A DNA stretch of 64,000 nucleotides from Candidatus Eiseniibacteriota bacterium (GTDB taxonomy: Bacteria; Eisenbacteria; RBG-16-71-46; SZUA-252): the NCBI GenBank assembly GCA_963703225.1, contig OY969801.1, positions 2,528,001-2,592,000 on the forward strand. The letters run 5' to 3'. Shown piece by piece: positions 49,156-58,850 of the stretch (within the stretch, counting starts at the first letter, position 1; every line of letters starts with the position of its first letter). The position numbers and the translations under genes were made by a program. Below the pieces are notes generated by a model. That model was given only the letters and a program-made list of their open reading frames with translations. It searched no databases and was not told where the DNA came from.

Positions 49156-49937
49156 ATGGACCTGATCCACGCGCTCGTCGAGCGATTCCGGAGGATGGTC
49201 CAGACCGTCCAGGAATTCACGCTCTTCGCGGTCGATGTGGTTCGCGCGGCGTTCACGCCGCCTCTCTACGGCCGCGAGACCGTCCACCAGCTCTACTTCG
49301 CGGGGATCGGCTCGCTCTTGATCGTCGTTGTCTCGGCTCAGCCGTGGCGGGGCAGGCGCTCGCGCTCCAGCTGGCTCGAGAGCTGGCCACCTCGGGCGCC
49401 AAGAGCCAGCTCGGGCACTTCATGGTGGTCTCGGTGGTCCGGGCGCTGGGTCCCGTGCTGGTGGGCATGGTCGTCGCGTCGCGAATGTCGGCCGGGATCA
49501 CGGCCGAGATCGGCGCCATGCGCTCCAGCGACCAGATCGACGCGCTGGTCGCCTTCGGCTCCGATCCGATCAAACGGCTGGTCGTGCCCCGCCTGATCGC
49601 GCTCGTCGTGGCGCTCCCCGCCCTGGTCATCCTGGGAGACACGCTCGCGGTGCTCGGGGGCGGCATCGTTGGAATGCAGTACCATGTCACGTGGGACACG
49701 TACGTGAACGGGGTCCTCAAGTATCTGACCCCGAAGAATCTCCTGGTGGGCATGATCAAGCCGTTCCTCTTCGCGATCATGATCGTGATCGTGGCCTGCT
49801 GGAAAGGGTTCACCTCGGCGGGGGGCGCCAAGGGGGTCGGCGTCTCGACCACCGAGTCGGTCGTCATCTCGTCGGTGGGAATCCTGGTCACGGACGGGAT
49901 TTGCACCCGATTGATCTTCAGACTTCTCCATTGGTGA
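49156..49937 (+). CDS. mlaE: MlaE-family lipid ABC transporter permease; frameshift near 49340
   Basis: G..SL.IV, then R.LGPVL..., R..AGITAEIGAMR...QIDAL..G.DP...LVVPR, GGA.GVG..TT..VV. Confidence 0.88.
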
Positions 49938-49941
49938 GCAC

Positions 49942-50754
49942 ATGATCGAGTTCCGCGGCGTCGACTATTCGATCGAAGGGCGACCGATTCTCTCCGCGAT
50001 TTCGTTTACCGTCTCGCGGGGCGAGACTCGGGTGCTCCTCGGGCCTTCCGGATCGGGCAAGAGCACGATCCTGCGCCTCCTTCTGGGCCTGGTTCAGCCG
50101 GACCGGGGGAGCATCTGGGTCGACGGCGAGGATTTGACGCGGGTTGACGAAGAGCGCCGTCGCAGGGTGCGCCAGCGGATGGGAATGGTATTTCAACAGG
50201 GGGCCCTGTTCGACTCGATGACGGTCGGCGAGAATATCGGATTCTCGCTCCTGGAACATGACGACTCCGATGAGAGGACCGAGGGGACGGTGCGCCACTA
50301 TTTGAAGTTGGTCGGCCTCGACGAGAATCTGATCGACCGCATGCCGGACGAGCTGTCGGGAGGGATGCAGCGGCGCGTCGCGATCGCCCGGGCGCTCGCG
50401 GCACGAGATCCGCAAATTCTGTTGTACGATGAGCCGACGACGGGGCTTGACCCCCAGAGCGCGGAGCGAATCACCGACCTCATCATCCAGCTGCGCAACA
50501 CGCTGGGAAAGACGTCGATCATGGTGACCCACGACATCGCGGACGCGTTCAAGGTGGGAAACCGAATCACGATGCTCGATGAGGGGCGCATCGTCTTCGA
50601 CGGTCCCCTGGCCGATCTCGAGCGCGCCGATTCCCCGTTCATCGCCCACTTCCTCGCGCCATTTCGCAAGGCCGTGGCCGCCGCGGCCGCGCGCCTCCCG
50701 GCGGGGGCGGTCCGCCCCTTCCCCGCTCCACCATCGCCCGGAGGAACGTCGTGA
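49942..50754 (+). CDS. mlaF: MlaF-family ABC transporter ATP-binding protein
   Basis: Walker A GPSGSGKS, FQQGALFDSMTV.ENI, P.ELSGGMQRRVAIARA, YDEPTTGLDP, VTHD. Confidence 0.92.
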   Translation: MIEFRGVDYSIEGRPILSAISFTVSRGETRVLLGPSGSGKSTILRLLLGLVQPDRGSIWVDGEDLTRVDEERRRRVRQRMGMVFQQGALFDSMTVGENIGFSLLEHDDSDERTEGTVRHYLKLVGLDENLIDRMPDELSGGMQRRVAIARALAARDPQILLYDEPTTGLDPQSAERITDLIIQLRNTLGKTSIMVTHDIADAFKVGNRITMLDEGRIVFDGPLADLERADSPFIAHFLAPFRKAVAAAAARLPAGAVRPFPAPPSPGGTS

Positions 50755-51683
50755 AGCGAACCGGCCAAATCCCCTTCATGGGGCTCAAGATCGGGATCTT
50801 CGTGGTCATCGCCATGGCCCTCATACTCTGGGCCACGTTCCAGTCCGGAAGCTTCCGGCTGGGACGCGAGGAGACGATCGTCGTCCAGTTCCCGAGCGTC
50901 GGTGGGCTGGAGGAAGGGGCCGTGGTCCGCTTGAACGGAGTGCCGGTGGGGGTCGTCCGGGACATCTCGCTCGTGCCCAAGGGAAGGGGAAATGTGGTCG
51001 CGGTGACGCTGGGCGTCAAGGGGGACACCAGGTCGCGTCTCCACGAGGGGGCCGCCGCGCGGATCACGACGGTGGGCTTTCTGGCCGAACTCTACGTCGA
51101 GCTCTATGGCGGCGACGAGACGGCCCCTCTCATCACGAGCGACTCGCAGATCACGCCCGGATTGCTCGCCGATCCGGCCGTCATGATGAACAAGGTCAAG
51201 TCGATGGCCGATACGCTCGATCTCCTGCTCGGAAATCTGAACACGGCGGGGCGCGCGCTGGCCCAGGGGAAGGGCACGCTGGGACGGCTCTCGCAGGATG
51301 ACCGGCTCTACGAGCAGATGGTCTCGCTCACGCGAGAGGCCACATCTCTAACCGAGCGCATGAACCAGAATCAGGAGCGCATCTCCGGGCGATTGCTGTC
51401 GCTGACGACCACGCTCGACTCGCTCACCTTCCAGATGCAGCACGGCAACGGGACCGTGGCCCGGCTCATGTCGTCCGATGAACTCCATCGGAATCTCGCC
51501 TCGAGCACGGCGCGCCTCGACTCGATCCTCGCCCTCGTGGAGTCGGGAAAGGGGACGTTTGGCCGGATGATGGCCGACACCACGCTGTACGAGGACACGA
51601 AGGCGCTGATGGCGTCGATGAAGCGGCTGATGGCGGAGATCGAGAAGAACCCGAAGAAGTATTTCAAGTTCAGCGTCTTCTAG
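50751..51683 (+). CDS. mlaD: MlaD/MCE-domain protein with long helical extension
   Basis: N-terminal TM, F..V.GL..GA.V...GV.VG.V, I.T.G.L...YV.L, three G.GT.GRL..D..LY repeats, NPKKYFKFSVF. Confidence 0.9.
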   Translation: MKRTGQIPFMGLKIGIFVVIAMALILWATFQSGSFRLGREETIVVQFPSVGGLEEGAVVRLNGVPVGVVRDISLVPKGRGNVVAVTLGVKGDTRSRLHEGAAARITTVGFLAELYVELYGGDETAPLITSDSQITPGLLADPAVMMNKVKSMADTLDLLLGNLNTAGRALAQGKGTLGRLSQDDRLYEQMVSLTREATSLTERMNQNQERISGRLLSLTTTLDSLTFQMQHGNGTVARLMSSDELHRNLASSTARLDSILALVESGKGTFGRMMADTTLYEDTKALMASMKRLMAEIEKNPKKYFKFSVF

Positions 51684-51693
51684 AGCCCGCGCG

Positions 51694-54190
51694 CTACCGG
51701 GCGAGAACGAGGCGCCGCACGATCGTTTCCTCGCCTACGGTGGCGTGGATCCAGTAGACCCCGCTCGCCGACGCCAACCCGCGGGAATTCCTCCCGTTCC
51801 ACCGGAGGGTCAAAGGCCCCGCCGTGGCCACGCCGTCGTAGAGCTTCGCGACGAACCGTCCAGCCACGTCGTAGACCGCCACGCGCGTGGGCCCCGCGTC
51901 GCGCAGCCGAAGCGAGATCGAAGCCGACGCCCGGGCTCGGGTTGGGCCAAGGCGCGCCCACCGTGACGAGCGGCGACGAATCGGGCCCTCCCACGACCGG
52001 CGTCGGCAGGAGCGACGCGTCGTGGACCTCGAGATCGTCGATGGCCGCCTCCACCACCGAGCCCACCCCCTCGTCCTGCGCGATGAAGCGGACCCGTACC
52101 GTGGCTCCCGGCACGATGTAGCTTCTCACGCGGATCATCTCCGCGTGCCATTCGGGATGGCTGTCGCGGATGGTGAGCGCACGGACCCAGTTGACGCCGT
52201 CCGAGGAGATATCGATCAGGAGCGAGTCCGGCTCGCCGGGGGTGTTCATGTAGTACCACCGCTGAAAGCCGATCATCGGCTCGGTCATTCCGGAGATGTT
52301 GATCGGGGGCGTCGTCAGCGTGGTCTTCCCGTTGTCGACGTCGGCGTCGGCCGGGAGACCGCCGGGTGCTCCGTTCCCGGTGACGAAGCAGAACCCGGTC
52401 CCGGGCGTGGCATCGTCGTCAGGCTGAACCGGCCCCTCCGCGCCGTAACCCCCCTCTCCGGGCTCGGGGTGCTGCGGCGCTCCCGGCGCGCGCGCGCCGA
52501 GGAACGGCGCCGCGGGCGAGGTTGGCTTGAACGTGGACGACAGATCGGAGCCGACCGGCTCGGCCCGCACCCAGAGCCCGCCAATCGCGTTGTCCCCCGC
52601 CGCGCTGAGCGACCACCCTTTGTCCGTGTCGCACGAGTCGTACCAGGCCGCGCTCGATAGGCTCCAGTTCTCCGTCATGGCGCCGCCGGGCTGCATGGTG
52701 ATGATCCGCTCCTGCGGCGCGTACCCGGCGCGGTCGCAGATGACGCGATAGGTTCCCGGCGGCGTGCCCGCGAGGCTGTAGCTCCCCACCGCGTCGCCGG
52801 TCGCACCGAGCGGCGTGCCGTGATCTCCGATCGTCGCACCCGGGATCGGCGCCGAATCGGAAGCACGCCGGACGACGCCGGAGATGGACCCCGCGGGCTC
52901 GGGCAGGAGCGTCACGTTGGTGGAGTCGTTCACCCCCACGGCCGTCGTGATGTTCACCACCGCCGTCTTGTACCCGAATTTCTTCATGCGGAGGGCGTGA
53001 GCCCCCGGCGAGAGCGCCAGGCGGGCCGCGCCAAATCCCTGGGTGCGGGTGGAATCGGCCTCGCCCACCGCCACGATGTCGACGCCGGACAGCGGGACAA
53101 ACGCCCCGTCTCGCACCCGGACCTTGATCGTCCCGTAATTGGGCGTGGAGCGGAAGACGAAGAGGCCGTTCTCGATATCGCTGGCGATGAACGTCCCCGA
53201 AGGAAAGGACGCTGCCACCTCCCAGACGCCGTGGAAGCCACCCGAAAAGCCTGCGTAGGTGTCGTAGTAGCCCCACTCCGCGGGGAGGGACGGATCGGTC
53301 AGGTCGAACAGGCGCACCCCCTCGGTGTAGTAGGCGACGAAGGCCGTGTCGCGCTTGACGTGCACGTTGTGCACGATGGCGAGCGGGTTGACCGTGATCT
53401 CCTGGACCATGGGATGCGTCATGACGTTCTGCATGTCAAAGACCTTCATGGTTCCGTAGTTCTGCTCGTCGCAAACGTAGAGGTAGCGGCCGTTCCGCGA
53501 AGTCTCGGCGCTGTGCGTGCGCGCCCCCGGATAGGTCCACGAGACGATGTCCACCGGTCCGGACGGATCGGAGAAATCGAAGATCCGCATCGTCGCGCTC
53601 GAGATGCAGCTCGCGTAGAGCGTGTCGTTCCTCACCCAGCTGTCGTGGACGTAGTCGAAGGCGTAGGCCCCGATTTCCACCGGGTTCTCCGGCTCCGCGA
53701 GCGACAGGATGCGCACCCCGGTCGGGATCCCGTCCAGGCGCGTGCCGTTCAGGATCAGAAGCGCCCGCGTCGTGTCGACGGTAACCGTGTGCGCGCGATT
53801 GAAGTTGGTGGTGTAGGTCTTGACCAGCACCGGGTGCTCGGGGTCGGTCATGCGAACGATCTGGATTCCGCCGCCCGCCGCCTCCGTCGAGACGTAGACC
53901 CAGTTCCGGTACTGCTTCATCTCCCTCCAGGCAGAGGTGAGGCCTGGAATGAACGCCACCTCGTAGGAGGCCGTCGGGTTGGTGACGTTGACGATCGACG
54001 TGCCGATGTCGACGCCCACGATCGCGTACTCCCGCCCGTCGGAGTGGACGTAGGCGCAGCAGGCAGAATTGGCGACGTAGGGATCGAGGTGGGCCAAGAG
54101 GGTCACGTTTCGAGAGACCGCCGCGCGCGATTCGACCGGGGCGAGGGCGTGGAGGGTCACGAGGGTGATCGCGGCCGCGATGACGCGCAT
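51694..54190 (-). CDS. Large secreted protein: LVIVD-repeat (choice-of-anchor B-like) propeller, carboxypeptidase-regulatory-like domains, beta-sandwich and C-terminal FlgD-Ig-like domain; frameshift near 51915
   Basis: Signal peptide, GREYAIVG, WRE.K.Y, YVHD, HN.HV, AYY..G.R..D...P..P.E.GYYDT, SDIENGLF. After PWPNP the other frame gives VAVYDVAGR.V..L...WNGR...G...ASGVY. Confidence 0.78.
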
Positions 54191-54266
54191 GCGAGACGGG
54201 CATGGATGCAAGGGTCGGAACTCCGCGCGGACGCCGGCCGGGGGATCTGCGTCGCGCCGATCCAGC

Positions 54267-55253
54267 TTACACCCAGCCGACCTCACGGTACCAGGCCGCC
54301 GTTCGGGCGAGGCCGTCCTGGAGCGAGACCTCGGGCTTCCACCCGAGCTGGCTCCGGATCTTGGCCGAGGAGCAAATCCAGTCCCCCGCCGCGATCTCGG
54401 AGAGCTTTTGGCGGCTGAGCAGAGGGGACCGACCCCGGATCGAGCCCCAGACCTCGGCGCCCAGGGCACCGGCCTGGAGCAGGAGCATCGGCGGGCTGAC
54501 GGTGACGGTCCAGGTGCCGAGGGCGCGTTTCACGGCCTCGCCCGCCGCGCGGTAGTCCGTGACGTCCGGCTCCGACGCGAAGTAGACCTGGCCGGCGGCG
54601 CTCGGGTGCCTGAGCGCCAACACGATCGCCCGCGCGAGATCCTCCACGTAGATCAACGAGAAGCGCCCTCCCCGGTGGAGGACCGGCAGCATGTGGTGTT
54701 TCACACAGGCGAAGAGCTTGACGAGCGCGCGGTCCCTCGGGCCGTAGACGGCCGGAGGCCGGATCGCCACGACCGGGATCCTATCCTTGAGGAGCATCGT
54801 CAACTCTTCGGAGCGGAGTTTGCTTACACCGTAGGCAGAGACCGGATCGGGCCGCTCCGTCTCGGTAACCGCGCGCCCTTCCAACGCGGGGCCCGCGGCC
54901 GCCTGGCTCGAGACGAGCAGGAAGCGCTGGAGCTGCCCGCCGGCCTCCACCGCGGCGCGGAGGATTCGCTCCGTCCCGCCCACGTTCACTTCCTGAAACT
55001 CACGCGTCGAGCGGGCGTGGGTCAATCCCGCGGCGTGGACGATCCAGGTGGCACCCCGAACCGAATCGGTCAGCCGCGCCACGTCGCGCTGATCGAGGCG
55101 CTGGATCTCCACCGGCTTCGCGTCGAGCCAGCGGGTCGAAGAACCGGGACGGAGCAGGCATCGGACGCGCGCCCCCTGGCGCAACAGCTCGTCGGCGATG
55201 TGGCTTCCGACGAAGCCGGACGCGCCCGTGACCACCGCAAGCTCCCCGCTCAC
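54267..55253 (-). CDS. NAD-dependent epimerase/dehydratase (extended SDR); candidate ceramide/3-keto-sphingoid reductase
   Basis: VTGASGFVGSH, HAAG, VN..GT, VSSQAA.GP, YGVSK, RPPAVYGPRD. GTG start overlaps the GNAT stop. Confidence 0.85.
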   Translation of the reverse strand: MSGELAVVTGASGFVGSHIADELLRQGARVRCLLRPGSSTRWLDAKPVEIQRLDQRDVARLTDSVRGATWIVHAAGLTHARSTREFQEVNVGGTERILRAAVEAGGQLQRFLLVSSQAAAGPALEGRAVTETERPDPVSAYGVSKLRSEELTMLLKDRIPVVAIRPPAVYGPRDRALVKLFACVKHHMLPVLHRGGRFSLIYVEDLARAIVLALRHPSAAGQVYFASEPDVTDYRAAGEAVKRALGTWTVTVSPPMLLLQAGALGAEVWGSIRGRSPLLSRQKLSEIAAGDWICSSAKIRSQLGWKPEVSLQDGLARTAAWYREVGWV

Positions 55254-56362
55254 GGGGAGAGGCGGCGCTCGTAAATCCGGTATACAGAGGCCCGCACGCC
55301 GCCCATGGCTTCGGCCAGCTGGTTCACCGCGTCATTGTCTTCAAGTGTCCAGCCGATCTCGGCGGTGTGGTACCCGCGGTCGCGGGCCGCCTCGGCCAGC
55401 TCGCCCACCAGGAGCGGCGCCACGCCCTTCTTCCGCCAATCCGCGCGGATGCCGAGCGCCATGATGCGAAATTCCCGAATGCGCGGGAGGGTCCAGAGGA
55501 GCTTGACGATCCCGAACGGAAAGAGGCGCCCTCCCACCTTCTGGAACGCGATGTTCACGTCGGGGACGAGGAGACCGAACCCCACGGGCTCCCCGTCGAC
55601 TTCGGCGAACCGGACCAGGTCGGCGACCACGGCCGGCTTGAGCTGCGCCGCCATGTGGTCGATCTCCTTATCGGTCATCGGGACAAAGCCCCAATTCCGC
55701 TCCCACGCCGAGTTGTAGACCACCTTGAGCCGTCCCAGCTCCTCGTCAAAGCGCCTCATGTTGAGCGGTCGGGTCTTCACCTCCACGTGGCGACGCGCCA
55801 TCGAGGCCATCCGCGCGTAGACGGCCGGCAGCCTCTGCGGAACGGGGCACTGAAAGGAGAAGAGGTCCTTGGCCTTGGCGAACCCGGCGCGTTCGATCCA
55901 CGCGGCGTACTCGGGCAAGTTGTAGGGCATGAGGAGCGCGGGGCGGCGGGCGAACCCATCGACGAGGAGCCCGCACTCGTCGTTGGTCGTGAAGCTCATC
56001 GGGCCGCGCAGCACCTCGGCCTGCCTCGTGCGGCTCCACGACTCCGCCGCGGACAGGAGCGCCGCGGCCACCTCAGCCGAGGCGGCCTCAAAGAATCCGA
56101 AGGTGGCCTGCCGCTCTCCGTGAAACGAATCGTAGTTCTTGTCCACCGACGCGGAAACACGGCCGACCACGCGCCCATTCTCGCGGGCGAGGAAGTAGGC
56201 GGCCTCGGCGTGCTCGAAGTAGGGGTTCTTGCCGGGGGTCAGCCGGACATGCTCGTCCGATGGAAGGGGCGCGACCCAGTAGCGATTGCCTTTGTAATGC
56301 TCGTAGGGAAAGCGGATGAAGCTCTTGAGATCGACCGAGCCCTGGATCGGGATGACGTCCAT
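55250..56362 (-). CDS. Double-GNAT-fold acyltransferase (YghO-like); candidate bacterial ceramide synthase
   Basis: FI.FP...Y.....WVAPL, NPYF.H, VGR..A, FGFFE, L.GP..F.TN.ECGLL.DGF, MPYN...Y, YN.AW..NWGFVP.T..E, PD.N, LGI...WR.KG, WTLEDN. Confidence 0.8.
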   Translation of the reverse strand: MDVIPIQGSVDLKSFIRFPYEHYKGNRYWVAPLPSDEHVRLTPGKNPYFEHAEAAYFLARENGRVVGRVSASVDKNYDSFHGERQATFGFFEAASAEVAAALLSAAESWSRTRQAEVLRGPMSFTTNDECGLLVDGFARRPALLMPYNLPEYAAWIERAGFAKAKDLFSFQCPVPQRLPAVYARMASMARRHVEVKTRPLNMRRFDEELGRLKVVYNSAWERNWGFVPMTDKEIDHMAAQLKPAVVADLVRFAEVDGEPVGFGLLVPDVNIAFQKVGGRLFPFGIVKLLWTLPRIREFRIMALGIRADWRKKGVAPLLVGELAEAARDRGYHTAEIGWTLEDNDAVNQLAEAMGGVRASVYRIYERRLSP

Positions 56363-56380
56363 GCGATCCCTGTGGGGCGG

Positions 56381-57607
56381 CTAGCTCGCCTTGGAGGCCA
56401 GCTCCAGGCCGACCTCTTGGTGCACCTCCCCGACGACCCGGAGAATGTAGTCGAGCTGCTCGTCGTTGTGCGACGCCATGTACGAGGTGCGCAGCAGATC
56501 GCGGCCCGGCGGGACGGCGGGCGTCAGGATCGCGTTCACGAAGACGCCGCGGTCGAGAATCTTTCTCCAGACCTGCATCGTCTTCATGCGATCTCCGATG
56601 AAAATGGGGACGATCGGTGTCTCGGCTCCCGATCCCACCTCGAGGCCCTGAGCCCGGAAGCCGCTCCTCATCTTGACGGAGATCTGGTGGAGGCGTTCGC
56701 GGAGCTGGGGCTCGGATTCGATGATATCGAGCGACGCCAGCGCCGCGGCCACGCTGGAAGGCGTCATGCTCGCGCTGAAGATGAGCGCGCGCGCGTGGTG
56801 GCGCAGATAATCCATGACCGATCGAGGGCCCGCGATGAAACCCCCGAGAGAAGCAAACGACTTGCTGAAGGTCCCCATGACCAGGTCCACCTGATCCTCC
56901 ACGCCCATCGCCTCGCAAGCCCCCGCGCCCCGCGCGCCCAGAACGCCGATTCCGTGCGCGTCGTCCACGAGGAGCCGGGCGCCGTACTCGCGCGCCAGCC
57001 GCACGATGTCGGCCAGCGGAGCCAGATCGCCCTCCATGCTGTAGACGCCGTCCACGACGACCAGTTTCCCGGCCTGCTGGGGAACGGACCCCAGGACGCG
57101 CTCGAGATCGGCGACGTCGTTATGGCGGAACCGCTTCACGTCGCCGTACGAGAGCCGGGCCCCATCGACGATGCAGGCGTGGGCGTCCTTGTCCAGGATG
57201 ACCACGTCCCCCTTGTCGACCAGGGCCGACACGCTTCCCAGGTTGGTCAGGTAACCGGTCGAATAGACGAGCGCCGCCTCCTTGCGCATGAACTTGGCGA
57301 GCCGCTCCTCCAGCTGCACGTGGAGCTCGAGGGTCCCGTTCAGGAAGCGCGAGCCGTTGTTGGAGGTCCCGAACTTGCGAAGCGCTTCCTCGGCCGCGGC
57401 CATCACCTTGGGGTGCTTGGTCAGACCGAGATAGTTGTTGGATCCAGCCATGATCAGCCGTTTGCCGGCGATCGTGACCTCGGTGCCGTGGTTGTCGGAA
57501 ATGGGGAGAAAATATGGATAGAACCCGGCCCGCTGGACGAGCCGATGTTCCTTGAACGCATTGCACTTATCGAATAAATCCACGTTTACCCTGCGATTTG
57601 AGGTCAT
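56381..57607 (-). CDS. spt: Serine palmitoyltransferase-like PLP alpha-oxoamine synthase (start ATG 57607 or GTG 57583)
   Basis: DLFDK, G.YPYF..I, GSNNYLGLT, GSRFLNGT..LH..LE, STGY..N, HACIVDG, DGVYSMEGD, DDAHG.GV.G, PLP lysine in GTFSKSFAS.GGF. Confidence 0.8.
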   Translation of the reverse strand: MTSNRRVNVDLFDKCNAFKEHRLVQRAGFYPYFLPISDNHGTEVTIAGKRLIMAGSNNYLGLTKHPKVMAAAEEALRKFGTSNNGSRFLNGTLELHVQLEERLAKFMRKEAALVYSTGYLTNLGSVSALVDKGDVVILDKDAHACIVDGARLSYGDVKRFRHNDVADLERVLGSVPQQAGKLVVVDGVYSMEGDLAPLADIVRLAREYGARLLVDDAHGIGVLGARGAGACEAMGVEDQVDLVMGTFSKSFASLGGFIAGPRSVMDYLRHHARALIFSASMTPSSVAAALASLDIIESEPQLRERLHQISVKMRSGFRAQGLEVGSGAETPIVPIFIGDRMKTMQVWRKILDRGVFVNAILTPAVPPGRDLLRTSYMASHNDEQLDYILRVVGEVHQEVGLELASKAS

Positions 57608-57655
57608 GGGGTCGTTAGAAGCTGGTTGGCGCCGTTGGAAATGGGTGAAGGGGGG

Positions 57656-57684
57656 ACGATACCGGTTTCCTCGGGTTTCGTCAA
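57656..57684 (-). promoter_or_regulatory. Sigma70 promoter of the spt operon
   Basis: Minus strand TTGACG (57684-57679), 17 nt, TATCGT (57661-57656). Confidence 0.5.
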
Positions 57685-57739
57685 TCGGGTAGAGTTCCCA
57701 TCGCGAAGTCAGCGCTTTGTTAACCAAGGGAGAGAATCC

Positions 57740-58726
57740 ATGCGCCCCACGATCCGCGCGCTCAGCGTCCTGGCCCTGCTCGCCCTTCCGGCGAGCGCCC
57801 AAGCGACCTTTTCCATCGTGGCCCGGGACTCGGCGACCGGCGACATCGGCGTCGCGGTCCAGTCGCACTACTTCGCGGTCGGGCCGATCGTTCCCTGGGC
57901 CGAGCCCGGAATCGGCGCGGTGGCCACCCAATCGTTGGTCGAGGTGAGCTACGGCCCCAAGGGGCTCGAGCTGATGCGAGACGGCCGGAGCGCGGACCAG
58001 GCTCTGCGTGAGCTCTTGGGACAGGACGAGCACGCGGACGTGAGGCAGGTGGCGATGGTCGATTCGAGGGGCCAGGTGGCCGCCCACACCGGCGCCAATT
58101 GCATCCCCGACGCGGGGGACACGACCGGAAACGGCTATTCCGTCCAGGCGAATCTGATGGCGAATCGGAAGGTCTGGCCCGCCATGGCGCGGGCCTACGA
58201 GGCCTCCACGGGAGACCTCGCGGAGCGGCTCCTTGCCGCGCTCGAGGCCGGGCAGAAAGCGGGCGGCGACATCCGGGGTCAGCAATCGGCGGCCATCGTG
58301 ATCGTCAAGGGGAAGCGATCGAACCGTCCCTGGGCCGACCGGGTCATGGACCTCCGGGTGGAGGACAGCAAGCAGCCGATCACGGAGCTGCGCCGCCTGG
58401 TGACGCTCTGGCGCGCGTACCGAAATGTGGACGAGGGGGACGCCCTGATCACCGAGGGCAAGGTGGAGGAGGCGATGAAAGCCTACTCCCAGGCCGCCCA
58501 TCTGGCGCCCGGAAACGATGAGATCCTCTTCTGGCAGGCGGTGACGCTCTGGAAGCTGGGCCGGGAGAAGGACGCCACGCCGATCTTCCGGAAGGTGTTC
58601 GCGCGCGACCGCCGATGGGTCGAGCTGGTGCCGCGACTGGTCCCGTCGGGCCTGCTCGACAACGATCCGGCTTCAATCCGGAGAATCGAAGCGCTCGCGC
58701 CGCCGGCAAAAAAGAAACACCCATGA
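57740..58726 (+). CDS. DUF1028 (Ntn-hydrolase fold) secreted protein with C-terminal TPR (third paralog)
   Basis: Signal peptide AQA|TFSIVARD, GVAVQS, GAVATQ, QANLM, AGGD.RGQQSAA, DLRVED and TPR helices. Confidence 0.88.
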   Translation: MRPTIRALSVLALLALPASAQATFSIVARDSATGDIGVAVQSHYFAVGPIVPWAEPGIGAVATQSLVEVSYGPKGLELMRDGRSADQALRELLGQDEHADVRQVAMVDSRGQVAAHTGANCIPDAGDTTGNGYSVQANLMANRKVWPAMARAYEASTGDLAERLLAALEAGQKAGGDIRGQQSAAIVIVKGKRSNRPWADRVMDLRVEDSKQPITELRRLVTLWRAYRNVDEGDALITEGKVEEAMKAYSQAAHLAPGNDEILFWQAVTLWKLGREKDATPIFRKVFARDRRWVELVPRLVPSGLLDNDPASIRRIEALAPPAKKKHP

Positions 58727-58850
58727 TTCCCCGGTCGATTCATTGCATCGAAACGAGAGAAGGCCCAGAATGGGTTTGTTCGCTAGGGCTCTGCCTCGGA
58801 TCGCCGGGGCCGCATCGAGCCACACCCCGACGACGTATCGGAGGAGCACC

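Noticed and set aside
56381..57607. Annotation as BioF, Kbl or 5-aminolevulinate synthase
   Set aside because: ALA is already supplied by hemA/hemL, and no bio or tdh genes are adjacent. Motifs and neighbours fit Spt better, although only phylogeny or assay can exclude these alternatives.
56381..58501. 706-aa N-terminally extended Spt
   Set aside because: The extension is the antisense of the DUF1028 gene. Homology begins at about 57607/57583, and a promoter lies at 57656-57684.
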